A DNA stretch of 63,835 nt, counting the filler, from Perkinsus olseni (taxonomy: Eukaryota): the NCBI GenBank assembly GCA_013115125.1. It is 14 parts of 14 records of this genome, joined end to end, with 100 filler letters (N's around TTAATTAATTAA, not from the genome) between each part and the next. Parts side by side here need not be neighbours in the genome. Positions count along the whole stretch, not along the records: positions 50,369 to 54,802 come from JABANN010001276.1; positions 54,903 to 59,319 come from JABANN010001277.1; positions 59,420 to 63,835 come from JABANN010001278.1; 11 more parts are not named here. One strand, 5' to 3'. Below the pieces are notes generated by a model. That model ran no database searches. It was not told the DNA's origin and saw only the letters and a program-made list of their open reading frames with translations. Of the stretch, positions 51,892-63,387 are shown piece after piece (position 1 is the stretch's first letter; every line of letters starts with the position of its first letter). The position numbers and the translations under genes are program-made.

Positions 51892-52795
51892 ATGGAAGCT
51901 CTACGCCGTTTTCACCTTCATTGGCATTCTTCCATGTCACTGCCGTCAACGGCGCTCAGCACGACGTTGATGCGGGGCCTGCCCGCTCGCTTCCGAGATC
52001 TGGGTAAGCTACCAGCCTCAACTCCTGCTTTCGAGCTCTCTGTGGTCTGTCAGAGGCGTTGGCTAAGAAGAGCGCCTCCGATATCAATATCGTCCTGTGC
52101 CGTGCCCCGAGTGCCGAGGTAGCCCAGCAGGCCTTCGACCTCGGTGTGTGGCCTCTTCACAAGCAAACGGCTCGGAAGCTGTGGGAGATTATGGCGGTGA
52201 GTAGGGAGTAGACCCATACCACTCCTTTCGCAACTTCCCTCCCAGGCCCAGACCCAGGGTTTTGTGGTGTTGGTGATCGCCTTGCCGGCATCTGATTACT
52301 CTACTACCGGTCGGGGGCACTACCTTGCTTATGGAGTGGCCGTGTGCCCTGCCGAAGCTGAAGAAGTTGGAGCCTTCGGGGATGGTTTCCCTGAGGCTTG
52401 CAAGGTCAGAACCGATTGCTCCTTCACTGATCCATCAGCGCTTCATCTTCCCGACCGGCGTGTCGTGATGACACTGCCGTCCTCAGTCCATTGCCATCAG
52501 GTTCACTGGATTACGAAAGATATTAAAGTCCCCTACTCAGCGGCGAGTCGACTTGTTAATGGCTTGAACAACAACTATCGGATAGAGCTCACCAGAGATG
52601 GTTTTGAGGTTGATATTGAGTAGGCAACCCGATCTCTCCTTTGTGTGGTAGCGTGGTGAAGGAAAGGAGAGCAAGTTGGTTATCGGAGTTTCACCAGCCG
52701 TCCGTTTCGTGTTTCAGGAACGGTACCAAGCTACTGCAGATACTATCTCCTCGTTTCGAGGCTCGAGATTCTCGTCGGTAGAGATTGCTGGTTGA
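51892..52795 (+). CDS. Multi-exon hypothetical protein
   Basis: Short exons bounded by GT..AG that join in frame (EALAKKSASDINIVL..., VHWITKDIKVPY...); no family recognised. Confidence 0.45.
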
Positions 52796-53190
52796 CGACG
52801 CAGCGTTCCAGTGATCCAGTTTACGTTTGTGGTTTCAAGTTCCATCGTCCTCTTGAGTTGCTCAATATGATGTAGCCTAGCTAACTCGCACGAGCCTCAG
52901 GATGTCATGGCGCACACGGAGACGCCCTAATGCAAAACTGAGTTGATCCACGTTGAGTGATTTTCTGCCTGTAAATCACGGACGATGTGGGCCTTTTCGG
53001 TCGTCTGAGTTGAATGCAAATGAGCAGAAATCTAGCGCGCGCGCCAGGATTCAGAGCAGTAACGGTCGCAGATCCGGCCGTTTCTTGAGGACGCGCGTGG
53101 CGGGTATTCGACTGACCTCGCGTGAAAATACATTGTCGGATTTCCGTCTTGACACCATCACATAGTCAACTATCGCTTCTCACGATTACT

Positions 53191-54455
53191 ATGGTCATTG
53201 AGTGCGTGTTTCTCTTGGTTTCGGCTCTATGTCGAGTCTACTGCACTGACTACTGCGATATTACTTGCGCGATCACTCCCAACTGTATCTCCTCCTACTG
53301 CACGGAGTGGAAGTCCCCGGCTGTCTGTCACGGTATTCTCATGAGAAGTGACGGGTCTCTCTGCTCAGCTACCGACGGTGCACAGGACTGTAGAGGCTCA
53401 GCTGTCGGCTGTGACACGGTGTTCACCTCGAGCTACACGATTACCACCACCACGAGTAGTGTCTTAACGTCTACCTTTGGCGGTGGAACTACCGCAAATA
53501 CCTTCTCTACATCCGACACTACAACTACATCGGGCAGCAGCACGTCGCCGAGGACCACGGTTATGCCTTCATTCGACGACCTACGGGGCTCGTGGTGCAA
53601 CACCTACGCCGGAGTCGATCCTGAAGCTCTTTGGATCGTTGACTTCCTCACTTTTCATGATAATGGCGACCTCTTGCTCCAATCTCGAGGGGTCGCTTTC
53701 ATCATGCAGTACTTCTGGGAAGGAAATACCATGTACGTGTATGATTTGAGATCAGAAACTGGTGGCGACCCTGGATTCTCTTCGCTCCGTTTCACTTACT
53801 CTGTGGTCGATGGCATTGGCGAGCTGACTAGCTACCTCAGAGTGGAGTCCATGGGTATCTTCTATCCGTCCGGCGTTAAGAACGTTTGTGGCCCTGTTAC
53901 GACTCGTTTTCCTGGCCCTTCGACGGCGACGTCCACGAGGTCCACAACCTCATCAGGTCCAACAGTCACACCGACCGAGGATGCGCTCGTTGGAACATGG
54001 TGTGGTGAGGCCGGGGATACCTTCGATGCTATTGGCTTCTCTGGTAACACCCTCGCTATCCGCTATAATGGTGAGGTCTACTTTATGCAGTACTTAGGAA
54101 ACCGAAACCGAATGAAGGGAACCGAATATTCACTTACGATGCTGACCCTCTTCACGAAGCAGAGATATCCCTGGTCTTCTCCACAATCAAAATGAGCTAC
54201 TTCGTGAATATCTTGTCCGTCCAGTTGGGCAACGAGCACGCTGGCACTTACACACGTGATGGTGCTTGTGCCCCACTAGCCGGGGTAGCAGGAGTAACCC
54301 CACCCTCGGTGGCAACGCTCTCATACACTACATGGTTCACGACGCAACTAATGCTGAATCTCGCAGGCGAGGTCACGGTCAAGCAAAGACGGCGTACGCA
54401 CTCAGTGGGCACTGCTTTCGTTTCGGTTGATTCGGTTTGGTTCGGTTCGCCGTAA
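53191..54455 (+). pseudogene. Secreted protein: Cys-rich N-domain, Thr/Ser linker and two repeated 'G.WC' domains; frameshifted at 54097-54110
   Basis: Signal MVIECVFLLVSALCRVYC; C..C....C..SYC..W..P.VC.G domain; repeats LRGSWC...QYFWEGNTMYVYD and LVGTWC...QYL|NEGNRIFTYD. Confidence 0.75.
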
Positions 54456-54730
54456 AACCTAACCGAAATGAGACGCTCGATTTGGTTCGGGCTCTACACC
54501 GATTTCGGTTCGTCTTTTTTGTCGATTTCGGTTCGCTGTCGGCCGATTTCATGCGTGCTGCATCCATGCATGCATGTATGCTTGCAGTAGGTGTGACCTC
54601 CTATTTAGCACCGTTAGTCTAGCAACGGTGCGAGGCTCACTATAGAGCTTCCAGCGATGTGCGATGGCTGCACTGAGTCCTATGATTGGGCCAGTCGAAC
54701 CGAATCAGACGAAACGAACCAGCCGAATTC
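54402..54730. mobile_element. Probable MITE remnant with TTCGGTT/AACCGAA subterminal motifs
   Basis: TTCGG(TT) cluster at 54415-54545 and oppositely oriented CCGAA/ACGAA motifs at 54696-54728. Confidence 0.45.
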
Positions 54731-55340
54731 ACTACACCATTTCCAGACCTACTTAGTAAAACCCCAGAGCAAATTAGTAAATCCCCAGAGCAATTTAATA
54801 AANNNNNNNNNNNNNNNNNNNNNNNNNNNNNNNNNNNNNNNNNNNNTTAATTAATTAANNNNNNNNNNNNNNNNNNNNNNNNNNNNNNNNNNNNNNNNNN
54901 NNACTTCGGGCCAGCGGCCAATACAACACCGCAGTCACATTGCCTGGCACGCAAGCACACAGGCAATGTCTCCCATCACTCACCCAACAATCCACACGTG
55001 ACTGTCCCCCTGGAGCACTACCCGGGATCGCCAACCCGACAAACCCTACCGTTAAACCACCCGGTGGTTCCCACCGCAAGGCCAGCAATCCGAGGCCACA
55101 ACAACACTACTAGTGCTACACTGCTCCTGCGCTCAGGACACCGTTCAAGCAAGCGGAGGTCTAAGGATGTGTCAGAGAGCAAGCACAACACCCAAGTATT
55201 GCAAACACTATACTCCGCACAGAAGCATCACATGATGCGATGTGAGTCACATCCAAAGACACAAAAGCCCATCACTCCGCACACGAAGCATCGGTGGTCC
55301 TCAGAAACGGGAAGCACAACACCATGATCGCACCAGCAAG

Positions 55341-56436
55341 TTACGCAGGCGAGCCAAGAATTTCTGCAGCATGTCCTCTGCACTGCCGCTTTATCTCAGG
55401 AAGACCATACTCCTCCCAAGCTCGTGACCTCCAGTTGCCCGCAACCCGAACCTGCTCCGCCGGAACATTGTTAGCCAGCAGAGCGCAAGCACCCGAACGC
55501 CTCATGCTATGGCCGGTAATGTTAGGAATATCCCAAGACAAAACCTTCGAAGGAAACTCGGCAGATAAGAGGGCTCGTAGCTCCTTCCCGAAAGTGGCGC
55601 TCTTTAACGAAGGAAAGATACACTCATCCCCACCCTCGGCGCGTGTTCGACAAGCACTGACCAAATAATGAGCTATGCACCACGTCCTTCTACAAAATAT
55701 CCCTTCCGCACATAAGGTCTGCCGCTCCTCGCGAGAAGCAGTCTTGGTATCGTGGAAGATTACAGAGACCAGCAACCCCTCACAGCTCGACTCCCAAGAA
55801 ATGTCCGCACGAATATGGCCGGGCAACTGTTCGAAACGGAGCATGCTTCATGCTGCATGAAGATCGACGCCACCAACACGGCAGAACGAAGCTGATCACG
55901 CAAACCACCGGGAGTGAGCTTCATATCCGCGAGAAATTGAAGTCATTCCTGACATAAAGGCGCGGCCTGCCTCTTCGGCTTGTCCTTATCCAAAAGGATA
56001 CGATCAGCACTAGCCAGAGCTCGAGAAATCAGAGCCTCCCCTTCTGGTGGGATGCTCTTGCCAGTTCGAACCACACCCATCGTTCGCACCGCCGAAGTAT
56101 ACTCCCGTACTGTGCCAGAAGTGATCTACCGGCTCCCAGGGAGCCCCCTGTCAGCCCACGAATAAAAGAGACTAATCGCTCGGGAGTGACCGGGTTCGAA
56201 GGAGATATAGTACCAGACCCCATCTCGTAAAAACGCAGAGGTGTCTGATAAGAGGCCATAGTACTGGGTTTAAGAGAGGACTCCAGCAGACGGGAGTTGG
56301 CTCTCGCTCGATCCTCCGGAGTCGCCGCCGTCTCTGCCGCATAAACTCGAGCAAATGAGAAGGAAGTTGGGACTTCTTGGGCATCAAATACAGAGGAGCC
56401 TGTGCAAGACCCACAATGATTGTGGCACAATCCCAT
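55341..56436 (-). pseudogene. Tyrosine recombinase of the retroelement (frameshifts near 56130 and 55850, TGA near 55943)
   Basis: SSLKPSTMASY N-domain; FMLR, DTKT, ITGHSMRRSGA, AGNWRS.AW..Y catalytic set. Confidence 0.9.
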
Positions 56437-56484
56437 TCAATCGAGTTCCTCCCCGCCAAGTTGGCGGCGCCAACCCAAGCAGTA

Positions 56485-57340
56485 CTACGTCAGAAGCAGC
56501 ATGATGATAATACTACGAGCCGCCGTCAGGACAATGTAACAGGTTCCTGACAGGTACGTCCAGCCTGACGGGGCACTAGCAAGAACCGACGCACGGGCAG
56601 ATCTGCTAATCACATCAGCAGTAACATTGCGAATCCCGGCAATAGGGGGGGGGGAATCTCGCAGGGCTAGAAACCGACGCTCTAACGGATGCGGCTGCAG
56701 AGTTCTAAACGCAGAAGTCACATCGAATTCGGCCAGAGCCGATCCCGGACCCACTTCGCGCAGTAACAGACGTATCTGGGGAAGGCCCGGGTACAACGTA
56801 GCCGTCAGCATGCGTGACGCATGGTTGACCCCCGACGTCCTGTAGTTCTTGATGATACGAATCTTGCTGTGAGCAGGGTCTTTCCAGACGACATTGGCTC
56901 GGACGGCCTTCGCAAGAGCCAAGGATAGCTTCTCTTTCCGTGGTGAAAATGCGGTATCTCCATCCCACTGAGAGAGGTCAGGGAACCCAGTACCATCTAC
57001 TGGTGGGATCGACTCAGGAGGAAAAGAAACGAACACGTCAGGAGTGTTAGCCTCCCAGGGGTGAAGTGTAGAGCTCCCACCTACATCGTCGTGTTGTGGC
57101 GAACCGGCAAAAGAGGCGACCGGCAAGGGCGGGATCGGCCGATCAGTCTCCGACGCCCTCGCGCGCTTAGCACGATAACGGGCACGATTCTTGCACCTGC
57201 CCTCCACGGAGCGTTCCCCAGGAACCATGCGGAACCCAAGCACAACTAACGACGAACCTGGGGCATTGAACTCCACTCGCTGAACTCAAACCGGGAGTGC
57301 ATAAAAACGATCGTAAGTAGAGTCGGAATCAATTAAAGAT
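56485..57340 (-). pseudogene. Reverse transcriptase / RNase H with a large internal deletion
   Basis: KIRIIKNY..SGVN and LAEFDVTSAFRTL...ERRFLA join directly to IAGIRNVTADVISR (RNase H end); no YxDD. Confidence 0.85.
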
Positions 57341-57441
57341 GCGAGAAAACCAGCGCAGCTCAGTGCCGCTGCTTCTTGCCGGGAGGCTGCGGCTTTGAAT
57401 CCGCGCCATCTTTTTCATGGCTTCTCGGGGGCCACGGGCAC

Positions 57442-58433
57442 TTACGGATTTTGAGCAGCGGGCACTGACCACGAGTATGGGGGGCAGTCGCCTGGCGGGA
57501 CATGCTTCCCTTTCTCATCCGCACTTGGTGAAGATGTCGAAGTAGAACTTGTGGTGGCACTACCAGGGCTACTTTGCGCTCCAACGGCTGGGGTCAGCGT
57601 TCTCGTAGCCTCATTGAGAGCTTCCTGGTCCACCGCATTCCCAAGCAAACGGATGGTTGCCAGGGACAGCGAGATCTTCTCCCTTTCCGCCAAAGCGAAA
57701 GCTCTACCACTCAACGAGCGGCGAAAAGAAACATCACAACCCACCACCGCGGCTTCTCCATGCACCATGCAGATCCTGCATAGCTGCTGCACATATTGGA
57801 GGATCCAAGGACCCGCCTCGAGGCCCACGCTCACGTCAACACAAAGTAATACTGGTAGTAGTCCGTACAATAGTTCACAGAGGCGCTTGGGCTGACGACC
57901 GGCAGTCGCCGTTTCTGGAATCCACTGGATAGCACCGTTGACATCCAACACTGGTTTCTTGCCCAACGAAGCACAGTCAGCACCTAGTTTAATCTCCCGG
58001 TAGGTGGAAGGGGACTCGGCAATCAGCTTCACAGTGGCCTGGTCTGCTACCAGCCCCGGAGAAGCAGCCCCACCGTAACGCTTGGAGACCCTCCCCATGT
58101 ACTCGATCAGATCGAGTCGATCTGGCCGTACGCAGTTGGGCCTTGCTTCCCCAAGGAAGCCTTGGCCGCTTCCTGGAGAGCGGCTTCAACCCTCAGCCCG
58201 CGGACTAGGCGTTGCTGGGTTTGGTCAGCCGTCTCGTTCTCAGCCGGCGGGCAAAGGACGTCAACCACCGTCCTCTTCAACACCTCTGGCTTGGACACGA
58301 GGACAGGGATGTCCGATACAGCCATATCGATGGCCTGAAGCCTCTCTATGATAGCATCACGCAGAACCACTGGGCAGCTGGCTGGCATGATCGCGAGGAA
58401 GGCTTCGGTTCCTCTGGCGTTGGCGTTGGCCAT
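57442..58433 (-). pseudogene. gag-like ORF1 of the retroelement, frameshift at about 58105
   Basis: Two consecutive ORFs (58107-58433, 57442-58098) upstream of the RT. Confidence 0.65.
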
Positions 58434-59489
58434 GGGAACGAGCGGAGGACAATTAAAACTGAAATGAGGGCGGCATTTAGACAAGAAATTCCTAGCGAAA
58501 GTAATTCCGAGCACGCTTGAATTCCGAACTAGCACGAGGAAGCACCATAGCTGTAACACAGCTGCGCACTGTCCCACCCTGCACTCGACATGAGTACCAT
58601 GGGGGGGGCTCCGACTCATGGGCTCCGGCCGCAGAGTTCGACGTGGTGAAATCTCCTGAGGAGGGTCCCGCTCCCACCACGAGACACCGAAACTTGCACG
58701 GACCTTCAGGAATCAACGCTCTCGGGCGTGTTTCCTCGGTCAACTACCGAGTGCAGCGGCTGCACTGTGGCCCACACTGAACCTCGGTCAGTATCACGGG
58801 CTGCTCAGAGCTTAAACGAAGCCCATCCCAAGCCTATCCAGGCACCGGGGTCAAGCGAGAGGACCGCTTACTCCCGAGTCGACGCTCAAGGGCGTGTCTC
58901 AGAGAGTGAAACCTCCCCAAGGGGACCAGTAACCACCGTCTGTGGTCTACAAACAGCTCGCTCCCGAAGCTGGAGAGTCATGACAGATCAATCCTGTACC
59001 GGATGCGAACGGCAGTCCCCTCCCACAGGACGTCTGACCAAGTGAGTCAAGGTGTGACAACCAGCGAGCCACACCTTTGCCACCACAGTGCGAAAAAAAT
59101 TGATCGAATAATTCCTGAACACGAGAGACGAGACGTACAAGAAACACGAAGATTCAGCGAGCAACGATGTCAACAGGTCTAGGCGAAGGCGACTGGACGT
59201 ATAGGCGCGGCGAACATTCAACGAGCAGCAATTCAACGAGCAGCAATTGTCACAGTGTGATGACTACGTGCAACTTGCAAGACTCTGACGGTTTCAAGAT
59301 ACCGTCTCTGCACCACTGANNNNNNNNNNNNNNNNNNNNNNNNNNNNNNNNNNNNNNNNNNNNTTAATTAATTAANNNNNNNNNNNNNNNNNNNNNNNNN
59401 NNNNNNNNNNNNNNNNNNNCGGCGTGCCTCTATAAAATCAGGCGTGTCGCTTGGGGTGACACATCCGGCGCTAAGCTAGAGCACATTGC

Positions 59490-59532
59490 GTGTCGTGTCG
59501 TGTCGTGTCGTGTCGTGTCGTGTCGTGTCGTG
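59490..59532 (+). repeat. (GTGTC)n microsatellite
   Basis: Direct tandem repeat. Confidence 0.9.
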
Positions 59533-59656
59533 AACGAAGGGCGGCTCAAGTATCAAGTCGTCCTTCCGTCCCATCGCTTCACCCTCTTAACTCTTTTTGG
59601 CCCGCAGCCCCCTGACGAACTAGCCCGTCCGAGCCAAGCAGAAACAGTCATCACTG

Positions 59657-61210
59657 TCAGCTCACAGGTCGTGGATCCCAGCAGTAATGCACTTCGTCAT
59701 GCATATCGCTAACCTCTCGCAGGAGTTCATACGGGAGATGATGTTCAAGGCAGCTGAGATTCCGCCGAATTCGCAGTCGATCCTGCGACTTGACAACCAA
59801 GGAGTCACAACAACCAGAGAGAAACTGCAAGAGGACGTCCGCCGTACTGCTCTTGTCTACACCCAGTTGCTGGCTAGCATAAGACAGTAAAGGCGCTCCT
59901 ACACTTCCGAAAGGACCATACGCTTGTAAGAGAATCTTGCGCTCTTTGCAGTACCTGAGGAGCATGTCGACGTCGACTCACCCTCACGGAGACATGATGG
60001 ATGAGGAAAAACCCGAGTTTGAACGGTCATGTAACTATGGAGGTCGGACTCAAGACTCAACCCGCTCGAAGGACCCCAGCTCAGGAAGAATACCATCAAG
60101 CATGGCTCTACATCGGTGCTAACTCCATAGGATGTGCTCACTCTCTCAGATCCCTTTGTTGACATCTGGCATGCATCTCCACCTGGTTGATGGCGGGAGT
60201 CTCGTACCAGTCCTCACACGAGAGATCCTCTGCGAGTAACTCGAGATGGTAAACGTTAAAGTTGGAAACTCCGACTATATCAATGAAGCCGTCGTGCTTC
60301 AGGTCGCATAAAACCTGAATGAGTCCGAGGCCGTGTCTACCTCATAGGTATCATCATTTCCACCTATCTCGAACCGAAATTGCTCACCGACTGATATACT
60401 TAGGTTTGAGATTGTGTGGGTTTTACCCTATGTCGCGATTTCGTTCGCCCGCTCTGTTGAACTTGAGTAATGTCTTATCACTAAATTCAACGGCCAATCG
60501 TTGAATGTTTATCATTTCGGACCGAGTGCCGAGCAAGTGGTCACTCCCAATTGAACCCACCACCGTATAGAATCCCGAGATGACCAGTCCGGTGCTCAAC
60601 CCCGTAAGGAGATATCCATCTCCCGTGGAGATAGCCTCTGGTTACCTTCCATGCTGAGTTCCGTGCTTGTCGGTGAATGGCCATGTCGTGCTTTTTCCGA
60701 GCGACCCCTGGCCAGTGTATCAACAATACTTTCTGTATGGTAGAAGGGAGGGATAAACGCTCGAGGCAGGCCACAGAAGCTGCTCTCGCTTGAAGAAGCT
60801 CATAAGGAGATATCTGGCGGTGGCGCAGCTGACTAACTCTCGTTGATGCCGGACCTACTTTCGTCGTCACGGTGATCCGAGTCGTGTCGGCATTCTGCTC
60901 CTGGTCCAACCACCGGCGTACTGCTCGGCCCACCTCTACCTCGTTCTTGTAGACAGATGCCGTATCAATCCATCGGTAACCAGCTTGGAGAGCTTCGTAG
61001 ACGCTGGTCTCGCACGTCTCACCTGGGGAATCACAATATACCGAGGGCGCGAATTACAAGCGAAAGAGAATCTAAGCTCTTTCGTTCTCGCCGAGTCCGC
61101 CGACGCGGCAAACATCGGCTCGATCGCACGCCCCGGGACCTACCGGTGATTTTGAATGTCCCGAAACACGCCTTGGGTAACGGTCTGGTACTGCATCGCG
61201 GCGAACCCAT
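59657..61210 (-). CDS. Aldo-keto reductase, multi-exon
   Basis: FGTFKI, IDTASVYKNEVEVG, VTTK, LLIHWPG, IGVSNF, NQVE.H, LQAYGPFG, CWDP. Confidence 0.9.
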
Positions 61211-61891
61211 ACTGCAACGTGTTGAACTGCCTTGGGATGAACTCAAAACAGCCGATCGAATACTCAACAATGCGCACGACAAAAACTGCGAGATAATCCG
61301 ACCATAGCGAGACACATTGTACTCAAGACCCCCCAACATTCGCGTGCTGCACCGGAGAAGGTGGAAGAATTTCTCCCGAAGAAGTGCCTCGAACGTCGCT
61401 GGGATGGACTGTGCCGTCAATGCCTACATGCGAGCTGGCAGAGCTTGACCAGCCTGATCGGACTCTTAGAGCCGGGTTTCGGGGTCCGGGGAGTTACCAT
61501 CCAAATGAGAGGCTCACTCAAATCGTACTTCGGCCCATGAGCAGTGCGCCGAACGCTAGTACAGCGAGCAAATGCAAATCGACATTGCTTGCTTCATCGC
61601 TTTACCATTGCCCTAGCCATCTGGACCTCATCTCTACTCGACGTCAGGAATTCCCAATATCAAGACGATCCGAGCCCGCCGTTGCTAGTTAAGGGCTATT
61701 ACAGAACGCACCAAGGCATTTGCAGGTAGCGCATGATACCCCCACCAGTGGTGTGATCGTTATGATATCCGTTCCCAGGGAACAGTGAGCCGTATTACCT
61801 GAATTCAACACTGGTCGAATGCCGCCGATCGATTTCAAACTCAAACGCAACAGCATCCACTACTCCGGGTACACACATTACAAGTACATCA

Positions 61892-63387
61892 TCAATCCTG
61901 CTTTGACACCATCGCGTCAAGGTCGGAAACATGTCCAGGCATTCCCTTGTTCCGCTTTTTGTGTGCCTCTTTTGTAACTCCTCTTTCGGCCCGCTCCTGC
62001 AGTTCTAGCGATAGTTGTAGCCATGCCTCCACAGCACGCCCTATGTTCGTAACATTCACGTCAATGAGCTGCCTGTCCCCGTCTTGTACACCCCTCGGAG
62101 CTTCATGAATAAGTACCCTCACAACGTCGTAGGGATCCGGCTTAGTACTGCCAATGCTCGACATCAGCGCAGCTGCACCGCCCACCAGAGCCACAGCCGC
62201 TCCGCCGCCCCGGAAGCGTAAAGAAGAGTAGCATTCACCCCTCACTGCCCCAGCTGCGACGCTAGAGCTCGGTACCGCCAAAGGTATATAATGACTGTGC
62301 TTTGAGCTGGAGTATAGCTTCGTGGGATCCTCGAGGGTTGTGGAAGCTACACAGAGCATTCCTAGTTTGTTCATTGCGAGGTGGCAAGGAGTGACGAGAT
62401 AACTATCGAATGTCATGTTCCGATCAGCAGCGGTGACCAGTACCAACGCGCCACTGTCAACAAGCCTCCTAGTGGCTTGCTTATGGAGCATGTCCGTATG
62501 TTTGTTGGACTCAGTGACATAGGGGATGATTGCGACATCAACTTTTTCGACTTGCATGATCCTGTTAACTCCTCGCAAGGAGCACTCAAGTTGGTGCTCT
62601 CCGTTACGCCCGTGTCTACCTTAACAGGAAAGAGCTTCACCTTCGCATTGTTACTCTCATGATAGCGACGATTGTTACCAATGCCGTCTACGATGCTCAA
62701 CATGGCCGTACCATGACCATTGATATCACTGACATTCTCGGTGTCACGACTAACGGCGTTGTATCGCGAAATAATCTCTCCAGCCAAGTCACCATACTCC
62801 GTGGCAGCCCCGGTGCTAAGCACGGCGACCGTCACCTCTCGTCGAGGCAGTCTCAAGTTCTTCACGAGTCTCCAAGCTCGCCCAAGGTCGAGTTCATCGA
62901 ATAAACGTTTCTGATCAGCTGCCAGTTCCGCGGTGGACGGGTACAAGAAGGCTGGATCCGTAGTAGAACCGTCGGTGGAGTTTCCCTGCACGATCTCTCC
63001 ACTACGAAGCAAACTCACGTCCCTGCTGCACGTCGCCTCGAAGCCACCTTCATCAGCAGGGATGGAGTTGACGAGGTCACAAATGCTGTCAATGGAGACT
63101 GGGCAGGACTCAGTCTCCGGCTGGATGATGAACGTGCAGATTTTAGCCAGGACCTCATGGCGGGATGGTTCCTTGAGGCACTTGATGCGCTCCCATGATA
63201 GGTCTTGCTTCCCATCCGACTTGTTGGCCAGAACTTTGAGAAGCCGCGTGAAGCTCAGTGGTCTACGATCGATTGAGGCGTACAATACGACAGCACCAGA
63301 GTTTGCAGCGCACGCCAGCCTCGGCAGGGAGTTCGCGAGGAGCAACGGCACAAGTACACGATACACGGCACGACGGAGACCATGCAT
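61892..63387 (-). pseudogene. Subtilisin (S8)-like secreted protein with substituted catalytic residues and a frameshift at about 62580
   Basis: Signal peptide; LGRAW...VTVAVLSTG (D to S), DINGHGT (H kept), VTAADRN (for AAGN), GGGAAVALVGGAAAL (for GTSMA.P.VAG.AAL). Confidence 0.8.

Larger units (their letters stand above)
54903..58750 (-). mobile_element. Tyrosine-recombinase retrotransposon (DIRS/Ngaro-type), degenerate; termini not defined
   Basis: Order gag-like ORF, RT/RNase H, tyrosine recombinase on one strand. Confidence 0.88.

Noticed and set aside
55943-55945. In-frame TGA in the recombinase as selenocysteine
   Set aside because: The ORF has several other lesions; simple decay is sufficient.
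58720-58910. Hammerhead ribozyme in the retroelement 5' region (also 59610-59650)
   Set aside because: CTGA..GA and GAAA-like words are present, but the canonical core spacing and stems could not be built.
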